NCBI GenBank assembly: GCA_000091205.1
Contig: AP006493.2
Length of the DNA stretch: 64,000 nt
DNA from: Cyanidioschyzon merolae
Lineage: Eukaryota
Direction: 5' to 3' (one strand)
Position 1 is the first letter of the stretch. Each line of letters opens with the position of its first letter. Shown piece after piece: positions 33,127 to 44,200 of the stretch. Under the pieces are notes generated by a model, which saw only the letters and a list, made by a program, of their open reading frames with translations, had not been told where the DNA came from and did not search any database. The position numbers were made by a program, and so were the translations under genes.

Positions 33127-34755
33127 TCAGCGTCGGGCCAGCTGCCCAAGTTCCTGGAGTACAATGTTGCGCATCTCCTGTGCCGGGGCCCTCAAGCCCG
33201 TCCAGATGGTAAACTGGGCTGCGGCCTGTCGGACGAACATCTCGACCCCGTCCACTGTGAGACAACCTCGTCGCTTTGCCAGACTCAGAAGCCGCGTTTC
33301 TATTGGATTATAGACGGCGTCGAACACGAGGCAGTGCGGCTCCAGAATCTCCTCTGGAACCGGAACGACATTCACATCTGGATGCATGCCAATGGAGGTG
33401 GAATTCATCAGAATATCGATTCGCTCTCGGGTAGCAGGGTTCCTCTGCTGTTGACAAAAGTCCTCTAGTGAGAGCGCAACTAGCTCTGTCTTCCCGAAAG
33501 GACTCAAATCATTTGCGAGCGATCTTGCTCTTTCCAGGGTACGATTCACGATAGTGAGTTTGCCGCAGCCGCAGTGTACGACCCCGAAGGCGATCGCCCG
33601 TGCCGCACCACCGGCTCCCAGGAGGACGACATGGCGTCGCTGGAGTGCCGTCAAGCGAGCCTGCCCCTGTTCGATTCCGGGCATCAAGGTCTCGGATACT
33701 GCATCTACCGCTGCCTGCCAATCGGTGTTATAGCCCTTGCGTCGGCCCGTGAGCGGATCCACCACGATCGTATTCACTGCCCCGATCTGCTTCGCCACAT
33801 CATCCAATTCGTCCAGGCACTCCATGATGCGCTGCTTATGGGGAATGGTCACACTGGCCCCGCGCAAGCCAAACTGCGTCATGGTATCGAGAAACTTTTG
33901 CAACTTAGAGCCGTCCTGAACGAGAAAGGGAAGGTAGACGTGGTTCAGACGGCAGAGTCCAAAGGCGTGGTTATGGATCCGCGGGCTCATTGAATGCCTG
34001 ACGGGTGCCCCGATAACCCCATAGACTGTGGTATCAGGGTTCAGGCTATGGAAACGATAATGATCGATGAGTTCTTCGATCCGGAATTGACCCGGTGCAG
34101 ACGCCCGTGCCTCGCTCAGCGTTGTGAACGTCAGCATTGCAGGTCCAAACTTGGCGGCAAGAACTCGGCTGATCTGCCCATACTCTCCCATTCCTATAGC
34201 AATCGTAGGTTTGCTGCCAGCAGTGCGCTTCAGTAAGGCAAATAGTCGCGCGTTGTCGCACAAGTCGTGGCACATCATGGCGATCTTGCAAATATCAGCT
34301 CCGGTTGCCACGATTGCCGTGTAGATTTCAGCGAGCTCCGCTTCAGTTAATGGTCGCGTGAAGCTATGATAGGAGACGATGAGTCGTGGACGAGTGGATG
34401 CATCTTGGAGCTGGACGCTCTCCGGCATCCGAAACAGGTCCATGTTCGCGAGTTCGACGTCCACGTACTCAACGCCGTGTTGAACAGCGCGCTGCAACAG
34501 CCTCACTCGCTCGTGATCGTTCATATCGGATAAACCTCCCTCACAAACAGGACGATATGTGAAAACCATAGGCAGAGGCCGTTGATCTACTACCCGCTCC
34601 CAGGACTCCCCCTCGGCGAGGTAGTCGGCACGGAACTCGACGAGGTCAGCGCCGGCCCTTCGTGCCTCGTACATGTCGGCTATCGCTTCTTCTGCAGAGT
34701 TCGCTGTTATAGATGTACATATTAGACAGCGAATTCCTGCACCTGAAACAGGCAT
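33127..34755 (-). CDS. Bifunctional 3-dehydroquinate dehydratase (type I) / shikimate 5-dehydrogenase (plant-type DHQD-SDH), 542 aa.
   Basis: ATG at 34755-34753. N-terminal DHQase-I domain; C-terminal SDH domain with GVIGAPVRHSMSPRIHNHAF and the NADP-binding LLGAGGAARAIAFG. No obvious transit peptide before the DHQase domain. Confidence 0.85.
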   Translation of the reverse strand: MPVSGAGIRCLICTSITANSAEEAIADMYEARRAGADLVEFRADYLAEGESWERVVDQRPLPMVFTYRPVCEGGLSDMNDHERVRLLQRAVQHGVEYVDVELANMDLFRMPESVQLQDASTRPRLIVSYHSFTRPLTEAELAEIYTAIVATGADICKIAMMCHDLCDNARLFALLKRTAGSKPTIAIGMGEYGQISRVLAAKFGPAMLTFTTLSEARASAPGQFRIEELIDHYRFHSLNPDTTVYGVIGAPVRHSMSPRIHNHAFGLCRLNHVYLPFLVQDGSKLQKFLDTMTQFGLRGASVTIPHKQRIMECLDELDDVAKQIGAVNTIVVDPLTGRRKGYNTDWQAAVDAVSETLMPGIEQGQARLTALQRRHVVLLGAGGAARAIAFGVVHCGCGKLTIVNRTLERARSLANDLSPFGKTELVALSLEDFCQQQRNPATRERIDILMNSTSIGMHPDVNVVPVPEEILEPHCLVFDAVYNPIETRLLSLAKRRGCLTVDGVEMFVRQAAAQFTIWTGLRAPAQEMRNIVLQELGQLARR

Positions 34756-34864
34756 TAAGCGTCGTTATACCGGTGAACACACCAAGGTGTTCTGGAACTC
34801 GCAGATGTCGCGAGAGAGGCACACCTGGCGTGTGCTCAGCGTAGGCGCTGCTGGCCCGCCTCGT

Positions 34865-36699
34865 ATCCCAATGTGGGATCAGCAGCGGTACGAATGCTGA
34901 ATGCTGCGGGTGTTGTTCGACGGACAGTTTCTGGCTATCGAAAGCGTTGACGCTTTTAAGGGCTACTGTTCCGCTGTCCCGCCTCGTATCCCAATGTGGG
35001 ATCAGCAGCGGTACGAATGCTGAATGCTGCGGGTGTTGTTCGACGGACAGTTTCTGGCTATCGAAAGCGTTGACGCTTTCAAGGGCTACTGTTCCGCTGT
35101 CCCGCCTCGTATCCCAATGTGGGATCAGCAGCGGTACGAATGCTGAATGCTGCGGGTGTTGTTCGACGGACAGTTTCTGGCTATCGAAAGCGTTGACGCT
35201 TTCAAGGGCTACTGTTCCGCTGTCCCGCCTCGTATCCCAATGTGGGATCAGCAGCGGTACGAATGCTGAATGCTGCGGGTGTTGTTCGACGGACAGTTTC
35301 TGGCTATCGAAAGCGTTGACGCTTTTAAGGGCTACTGTTCCGCTGTCCCGCCTCGTATCCCAATGTGGGATCAGCAGCGGTACGAATGCCGAATGCTGCG
35401 GGTGTTGTTCGACGGACAGTTTCTGGCTATCGAAAGCGTTGACGCTTTCAAGGGCTACTGTTCCGCTGTCCCGCCTCGTATCCCAATGTGGGATCAGCAG
35501 CGGTACGAATGCCGAATGCTGCGGGTGTTGTTCGACGGACAGTTTCTGGCTATCGAAAGCGTTGACGCTTTCAAGGGCTACTGTTCCGCTGTCCCGCCTC
35601 GTATCCCAATGTGGGATCAGCAGCGGTACGAATGCCGAATGCTGCGGGTGTTGTTCGACGGACAGTTTCTGGCTATCGAAAGCGTTGACGCTTTCAAGGG
35701 CTACTGTTCCGCTGTCCCGCCTCGTATCCCAATGTGGGATCAGCAGCGGTACGAATGCCGAATGCTGCGGGTGTTGTTCGACGGACAGTTTCTGGCTATC
35801 GAAAGCGTTGACGCTTTCAAGGGCTACTGTTCCGCTGTCCCGCCTCGTATCCCAATGTGGGATCAGCAGCGGTACGAATGCCGAATGCTGCGGGTGTTGT
35901 TCGACGGACAGTTTCTGGCTATCGAAAGCGTTGACGCTTTCAAGGGCTACTGTTCCGCTGTCCCGCCTCGTATCCCAATGTGGGATCAGCAGCGGTACGA
36001 ATGCTGAATGCTGCGGGTGTTGTTCGACGGACAGTTTCTGGCTATCGAAAGCGTTGACGCTTTCAAGGGCTACTGTTCCGCTGTCCCGCCTCGTATCCCA
36101 ATGTGGGATCAGCAGCGGTACGAATGCTGAATGCTGCGGGTGTTGTTCGACGGACAGTTTCTGGCTATCGAAAGCGTTGACGCTTTCAAGGGCTACTGTT
36201 CCGCTGTCCCGCCTCGTATCCCAATGTGGGATCAGCAGCGGTACGAATGCCGAATGCTGCGGGTGTTGTTCGACGGACAGTTTCTGGCTATCGAAAGCGT
36301 TGACGCTTTCAAGGGCTACTGTTCCGCTGTCCCGCCTCGTATCCCAATGTGGGATCAGCAGCGGTACGAATGCTGAATGCTGCGGGTGTTGTTCGACGGA
36401 CAGTTTCTGGCTATCGAAAGCGTTGACGCTTTCAAGGGCTACTGTTCCGCTGTCCCGCCTCGTATCCCAATGTGGGATCAGCAGCGGTACGAATGCCGAA
36501 TGCTGCGGGTGTTGTTCGACGGACAGTTTCTGGCTATCGAAAGCGTTGACGCTTTCAAGGGCTACTGTTCCGCTGTCCCGCCTCGTATCCCAATGTGGGA
36601 TCAGCAGCGGTACGAATGCTGAATGCTGCGGGTGTTGTTCGACGGACAGTTTCTGGCTATCGAAAGCGTTGACGCTTTCAAGGGCTACTGTTCCGCTGT
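34865..36699. repeat. Minisatellite: 123-bp unit in ~15 tandem copies, with two alternating SNP variants (gctgaatg/gccgaatg and ttttaag/tttcaag).
   Basis: Period 123 read directly (cccgcc starts at 34978, 35101, 35224, ...). Because 123 = 41 codons, all frames stay open, which produces the artefactual long ORFs 34947..36833, 35270..36007 and others. The array begins ~110 bp upstream of the DHQD-SDH ATG. Confidence 0.9.
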
Positions 36700-37613
36700 C
36701 CCGATCATATCAGGTGAGGACTATGATCGATACTGCGGGTTTGGAGCGCGTTTCCAGGGCCAAACAAGGGGCGTTCCGCACAAGCGGGACGAGTTGGACT
36801 TTTCTGGACGGTTGTCAAGGGCGTCGGCGTTGAGCGGTCGTACGAGTTTCTGCTTCGAGCTTGCAGAGGGAAAGCAGAATCGACATGCATATGTGACTGC
36901 GATGAGCAGATGCTTTTAGTGTTCAAAGCCGTTTGGCGAGTTGATGACGAGTTCAAGATCGTCGGTTGCAGCGTGCGCTGCTTCGTAGAGAGGAACAAGG
37001 ACACGAAAACCTCGAACTCGTTGTGGCGTGTCTGAAACCAATCGTGAAAGAAATCGCCAAGCATCGCTTCCAATGAGTAAATAATATATCGATACGAGAG
37101 GGTTCTGGTTAGCCTACGGATCGCTGTATGCTGTCTGCATGCGTGGGGCGCCTCTACAGCACCTATGAGAACGCGGCGATGCTCAGAAGCGAGTCCATGA
37201 CCTTGACATGACGCTGTGTACAGAGGACCTGAGGCTGTTCGTGAACAAGCTGCTGACTCTGGAATGCCCGTATCTCTTCAGTCTGGCGATAGATCGTTGA
37301 TCTGAACGTCCGAGTCCAAATCCTGTGTTCCAGGCACCGCAACTGGTTCAGTACCCGCAGTGCCCGCATCCCCGAGAGACATCATCGTATGTAGGACGTG
37401 GCGGGTGTCCCTGAACGCTTCTCGTTAACTAGACAACATGAGCGTTTGCGTTAGCCCCCCTACAAGAACATTTTAGCGAGTCTGGGTGGCGCCCAGAGCG
37501 CCCAGCTCGAATAATCTGCCTTTTGCGACAGCGTGGCAGCGGTGGATCCAACGCCCACTGGGTACCGGCTTCTGAAATCGCAAAACGTTTCCTCTGCGAG
37601 CGCGTTGCAATGG

Positions 37614-39175
37614 CTAGTCTTGTCCCCGGGGACATACATTCGCTTTCTCGTCGACGCTAGCGCGAGCGGCGCTTTCGCCGAGCGGCCACCCGGTACGCTG
37701 CGCAACCAGGTTCCAGACTCGTGTTCGAATGCGAGCGCTACATCCATCGGGACGCTCAACAAAACGGTAGACCAGACGCTTGATTTTGAACGACTGCTGA
37801 TAACGCCATTGTCGCGCCCATTCGCTGAATACCTCTCGAACTGATGACGCATCAGGTGGATCTCGAAATACTCCCTGTTGACCGACAGTTGGCCGCTGTG
37901 GCAAAGACCCCGCTGCTGGTATTCGTAAAGCGTCGCGATCATCAGCCAGACCGTCCGTTGCCGTATGACGACCCGGGTATGGATGCTGGACTCCATCCAC
38001 AGTGATATATTCGGCTTCTTGGATATGAAGTAGGCGCATGAGGCCCGCAAAGAATCGATCAACGGGGGTATGCGCTCGACCTGTTCGCAAGATGGCGTGC
38101 CGCAGCTCAGCAGCTGCGTTAATGAGCGTATCACCGAGCGTCCCGCAGCGGCGTGGCTCAAAGTCGGCGGCGACCCAGACAGCGAACAAGAGCTCGATTG
38201 TCGTTCCCAGATACGAGAGGAGATATTCGTCATCTGTCTGGGGATTCTGCTCAGAACTCCGTTTCAAACGCCGCCAGAAGTGTGCAAACAACTGCCACAG
38301 GCGACTAGCGAGGTGAGAAGGAAGCGGACCTTCGCGCGCCGCCACGGCTGCTGCCGTCACCGCTCCAGGCGCGATACCAACGAGCATTGCCAACGCCATG
38401 CGGATACAGGGACTCTTCAGCGGCTGGCGTCGAATACATCGCACGAGCACACCAATCACGATATCGACAAGTGTGCAACGGTCTGCATCGAGGCTGGTCT
38501 CGCGGTACCATGTAACGGGCTGCTCAAGGACGTGGCTCGCAAGCGCTCGAGACCAGCCCTCATCCTCAGTGAGCAGAAGAAGCGTTGCGAGTCGCAACTC
38601 CGTGACGTCTACCGAACTCTCTACGTAGAGCAAGCGCAGCAGCGTTAGCAGAAAGATCTCGGGATCCGTTCGGACGGCCAAGTAGCGCCGCCAATGCTCC
38701 GCGGAATCATACGTTAAAAAATAGAACAAGTACGAGCCTTCTGGATAATGGAGCCACCAAACGCATACATCATGCAGGTTGGATAGCGTCAGCGGCTGCA
38801 CTGAATGCAGCCCAGTCTGCACCGCATCGTTGCCAAAGTCCGCAGCAGCGCCAGCAGCAGCTGTTGTTGTTATTGTTGTTCGTTGATGCTCGCTGTTCGC
38901 ATCAACAACGGCTGGGAGCGTTTCGCAGGAGGTACGCGCAAGCACACCAGCGAGTGCCTGGCGAAATGGTTGACCGGCTCTCTGATTTGGAAACAGCGGC
39001 TGCGCTAGCTCGTCTGGATCGTCAGTCACGAGCGATAACAGGGTTAGCAAGAGCCCCATGCATACCACAGTTTTCCGAGCGATTGGATCCTCCGGTAGTG
39101 CACTCGATCGATGCATATGCAGCGTTCCAGCTGGTGCAATGGCTTCGGCTGCTCGAGAATGCATCCTCGAGGGGC

Positions 39176-39207
<32 letters not shown>

Positions 39208-40562
39208 ATCGAAACTACTGGTTCCTGTGAGGGTTCTGCGAGCTGGTCGGCCTCAGCCGCGTCTGCGAGTACCCGTTCAGCGTTGGCATGCTCGCTGACG
39301 AATGGCCAAAACTGGAACCAAGACCAGTTCGATCTCTTCGCTACGGCGGCATGCAGCGCAGCTGGACGTGCGCTTTGCGTTGCCAACGCTTCCTCGGTGG
39401 ACCTTTCTGCGAAATGTTTTCCGTCTAGTTCGAGAAAGTTGAGGCCCTGCCCTCTCGTTGCCATTTGTAGGAGCACGCTCTCCAAGGTCGTTGCGTCGTG
39501 AATTGTTCCGCTACCCAAGCCTGCCATCTTCCGAATTCTCGATAGCGTGTCGCGAACTAGGCACCCCAGCAAGAGCTCGATGCATCGATGGATTCTTGCG
39601 TCTAGGCGTCGAATGAGCGCATAGGTTTTCGTTGTATCCATCCAGTCAAGCAAATGGAGCAACAGGCAGCTGCTCCAGAAAAAAGTCTCCTGATCGCGGT
39701 CAGCAGACAGCATGAGGTACTCGACGCTCAGGATCAGCATGATATACTGGCAATGCTCAAGTGCTGTCTGGTCGGGGAGAAGAGATTCCCCGCGCTGAGC
39801 CCAGCTTCGCCTCACCGCTGGCCGCAAAAAGTTGCACAAGAACCAGAAGGCCCCATGCACAGCGGCGTGCCAATCACCGGTATTGGCGATACGTGGTTGC
39901 TGATCACCAGGATCCTGCAAAGCATAGACTGCTTTCAGCTGATCCAGGGCACCCAGCGTCGCCAGTAGAACAACAGGTGCTAGTGATTCAAACGCATGCA
40001 GTGATGTCACTAGCCGTTGCATGACAAGCCCGAGCAGAGATTCCTGCTGGTCGTCCAGTGCTGCTCTAGCTGCAGATGGTGTTCCTGGATCACGCGGGAG
40101 TGCATTCGCAGCTCTGGTGTGTACAGTACCGGGGTTCACGACTTCACGCTCGAGGAAGATCAGCGCTCGAAGCCAGAGGCGATCCCCAATGGGCGGCACC
40201 GAAATCCCCTGTTGATTCGTTGGGGTGACACCAGCACCGCCAGCTGCGCTTGTTGGAACTGTGCTCTGCGCTCGGCTGTCGGATGACCAGTGCGCAGTGG
40301 CGTGCGCGACTTGTCTGTGCCAGTAGTGGGCTCCCAGGAGCCGTAGACTTTGCGCAACGCTCTCTGGGTGCACGCTGCCGCTCGCTGCACCAGTGCCCGA
40401 CACGTTTGCGTCCGCTGCTGAAGCCGCAATAGCGCTCGCAGCGTCTTGGTCTTTTGAGCGCCATGACGGGCTCAGGAGGAGGTTTGGGGGCACTTGCTTC
40501 GACTCCGGAAACTCGTTACCGTCTGCGAGTGCCTCCGCTTGGGTGTTTAACGCGTTTCCCAT
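37614..40562 (-). CDS. Large hypothetical protein (982 aa), alpha-helical (possible ARM/HEAT-like), with a (Gln)11 tract and a poly-Ala tract.
   Basis: ATG at 40562-40560 (MGNALNT...). Uninterrupted ORF. The (CTG)9 tract at ~39178-39205 encodes the poly-Q on this strand. No recognisable domain. Confidence 0.5.
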
Positions 40563-41216
40563 ATGCCAGTAGCGTCAGGGGCCAGCATGTGGTACCGTTA
40601 GGTGCAGCACCTTGCAGGTTGGCTGCCTGCTGCTCCAGAATCGTCGACAGCCGCGAACAACTCCAGGATTCTCTGAGTGGCTCCGGATTCGAGAACGGGT
40701 CTATGCTCGTCCACTAGTTCTGCAGACAGGCCGGTTTGGGGACCAGAGAGACCCTGGGTGCTCCGCGGAAGCTCAACGTAAACGATAGCTCTGCGATCAC
40801 TGGCAACTGATGCTCCTGGTGAGCTATTCCCGCTTCAGTGATAGCAGAGTTTGAGGTAACAACTTCGAGACCTGGAGCCGTTGGAAAAGCGAGCTTCGGG
40901 AAGAAGCTCCCTTAGATCTCCGTGGAATAAAACGGTACTCGCTCGCCCTTCTATAACCGCGATATTCTCTCCTTGAGCTCTAACGAACGTGCCAGCACCC
41001 ACTAGCCCTTCCACAACGGCAGACTAACCTGGACTTGCGCTCGTGGAGTCTGTCAACACGCTGCAGCACTCGAGGAGACGGCAACCTTCTTCGGTGACCC
41101 TGAATTCGGATGCTGCAACTGTCCATGGAACGCTATTCGCTGTGCAGCTATCGCCGACGCGTTTTCAAACCGCTTTCGCCTTTCGTACGTTCTCATGCAG
41201 CACTTTCTACAGTTAT

Positions 41217-44200
41217 ATGAGCACGGACGTTCTTGTAACAGCAGACACCACACTAGCCGACCTTGCGTGGCCAATAGTATCAGCGGCAATACGCTCCGCA
41301 ACCTTCATTGCGTTTTCGCTTAGAACGACGGTGTCGGTGCAAGACTGCGAACGCCAGCTAGGGTCTCTTGCAACGGATACGTTGACTTTGGACGCTGTTC
41401 CAGATTCCTCCGAACCTAAGCATGCCGGGGAATCATTTTCTCCTGCCGACGAGTGTCACATTGCCGCTAGTGGCGCGGGACATCACCAGTCGCTACAGCG
41501 TCGGTACGCAGTCTATCGTGAGTGGATCACGCGTCAGTCCGTGATAGAGCTGGGTATGACGACGTTCAGGCGGAGGCCGATGGATCGCCCCTGGGTTTCA
41601 AAAGCGCGTGGAAAATTGAGCGGGGAGCGAGAGCCTTCGGTAGCTTCAGGTCCAGGGGCCGAGCAAAGCACGAAATCATCCGAAACAGCAGCTTTTGATG
41701 TACAGACTTTTCGTTTTATTTTCCTCCTCGACAACAAGGGTACCGGATCCGTCATTCCATGTTTCCTGGTGACACCGACAGCGCTGAGACAGCTCAGTGG
41801 ACGGCAATATAAGGAGTACAGTGGCCAACTTGAGGTTGATGCTGGGGCGGTCGTCGGGAGCCCGCTGTACAGCGACACCTCTGACGACGACGACAATGAT
41901 GAAGACGATTTTGACGATGTTGATGTTGACGACGACGTCGCGCATGCGTGTACAACAGTCACTGCGGCACTGAGCAAGAGTGAACCGTACGAGTCCGCAA
42001 CTCAGCAACGCGTTCCAGAGATAGCGGCTTCTACAGAGTCTCTGGGCTGGGATCGAACGGCAGAGAACGTGCTCGGCCTGGCGCTGCGACAAGGTATTCG
42101 GTATCTGCCGCCGCGAAGCCAGGTAACGATGGAGACGACGCCGAACTCCCTACCACAACCGGCGGTGCCCTTGTGTTCCGCTGCGTCCTTCGAGACGAAT
42201 GCTCAGCGAGAGTGCCCTTCGTTGAACAGCGTCGATGTAGCCGGAGGTACGCTGCAGGGCTTGGCGACCTCAACAGCTCACGCAGCATCGCTGAAAACTG
42301 CAGGATTAGGGGCTCGGTCCAGGGAGTGGGCGTCGCTGCCGCCGTCGACGGCCAAGGGCGAAGGTGCGCAACTTTTTCGGATGTTAGCAGAGTCGGGCGT
42401 CCCGCTCGTATTCTTTGATGGCCTCTTCGAGATTATGTCCATGTATGAGGCTTTTTATGCCCCGCTTCCGCCAGACCTTGATGCATTTATTGCCACGCTT
42501 GGCATCGTGACTCCGCGAGTTGTCGACGTTCGCTGTATGACTGCACTCATGAACTTGCACGGCAGCAGAAAGACGCGAGCACCTTGTCGAGCGAACGCGA
42601 ACGACCTCCGTCCGGGTGAGGCGTTGCTGGCGCTGATGGTACGCGTCGCCCTTCAAAGTGCAAGCGTGAAGCATCGCCATCTGCTGGAGTCTATTCGTGG
42701 TGGGAGGTGCTTCGTCAACCATCCTCACGCGCAAGCATTACGTCGACAGGCGCAAGCTTTCGCGCAACAGCATAACAACACATCAGCACGCCAACGCGAT
42801 GGCACCGGGTCGGATGCATCCCTGGACAACGCTGGCAAGCAAGTGGGCATCATCCTGGACGGGCAGCAGCCTCCGAACGAGAGCGCCGATTCGGGAGCAG
42901 CAGGGCTTGCCACCTGGGACCTAGAGCAAATGCTCACGGAGAATAGCGAGCCTGCGAATGCTGGCGAGTATGCGAGCATGCTTTTGGTGCCGCTGGCGAG
43001 AGCGCAAACGAATGCGCTCGAACGCTATGGACAAAGCAGCAGCGACGGCACTGCCGCAGGCTCTTGGCCGGCGCCTGGCGTACCGGCTGATGCTCTTGCC
43101 GATTGCACGCCTCTCAATGAAGCGGACGCATGTGAGCTCATTGCCGCGCTTGAAGACCAAGAATTGCCGGATGATGCACTAGCGGATTTCGATATGCCTC
43201 CGCAAAACGTGTCTGGAAACACAAGAGGAGCGGCGCTTCGTGCCTTTCATGTGGGCGCAGTTTTGGCGTACTTACTTGAGCGTCACGGCTGGTCTGCGAT
43301 CATGGATCGATTCCGCGGTTGCATCAGCTCCGGCTATGGAGACGACGCAATCCGCTTACGCGAGCCGGGAAGCGATGCGAATGCTGCGATGTACACGGGC
43401 AGCACTGGCTCCGGGCCAGACGTAATACAGGGCAAGCTGACGTTTCCGGTGACGTCGGCTGCGTCTTGGCGCTCGAGGGTCGGCGGGTTTGTATCCGCCA
43501 GCGACAGCAAGCGGATCACGAGCCCAGAATCCCAGGCGGATGCTGATCGTGTTCCCGCCGAAGCTCGTGACTGGGATCAGCGACACCAGGCGCGTTCGAC
43601 ACTCCACCAGGGCCAGCATGCCGAGGCATCTCCACCAGCGAATGCGTTTCTTTCCGAAACGCCTACCATAAGAACGACGGTGAGCGCAGCAGCAGTAGCA
43701 GCGCCAACGCCTACGTTGCATCAGCAGAGCAAAGCTGCGTCACTGACGCCGTCCAGCACCGTAGGGCATGCGCTGGCTGATGAATGGATTAGCCGACTTG
43801 TGAGTCTGCTCGCGCCGAACCGCCTAACCGAGATGCTCTACGAGCGAACACTCATGGCGGCAAGTAGCATCGCACAACGAGCATTAGGTGCACACTCGTT
43901 TGCAGTCGGATCTTATGCAGAGAAAACGTATCTATGGGAGAGCGGCCTCGACGTTGGCGTTTTCATTGCAGGCGCCACCAACAACAACAACAAGTGCACG
44001 CATACGCAGGGACACGTGTCCGGTGTCACGGGCTCGCCGCGGCGCGCCGCCACCCCCAACCCCAATGATGATGTTCATGATGATGCATCGTGCATCAGCG
44101 ATGCGTGGCCAACGCGCCTTGCCGCAGCGTTGTGTGCGCGCGCCACGCTGCTTGCGTTTCGGCGATCGACGGCGGTACCAGCGTCGATCGCTGATCACAG

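Noticed and set aside
34947-36919. Very long ORFs (628 aa, 245 aa and several 81 aa) spanning 34.9-36.9 kb on the plus strand.
   Set aside because: They are produced by the 123-bp minisatellite, whose period is a multiple of 3 and keeps every frame open. The translations are pure repeats of the unit and they overlap one another in different frames, so they are not genes.
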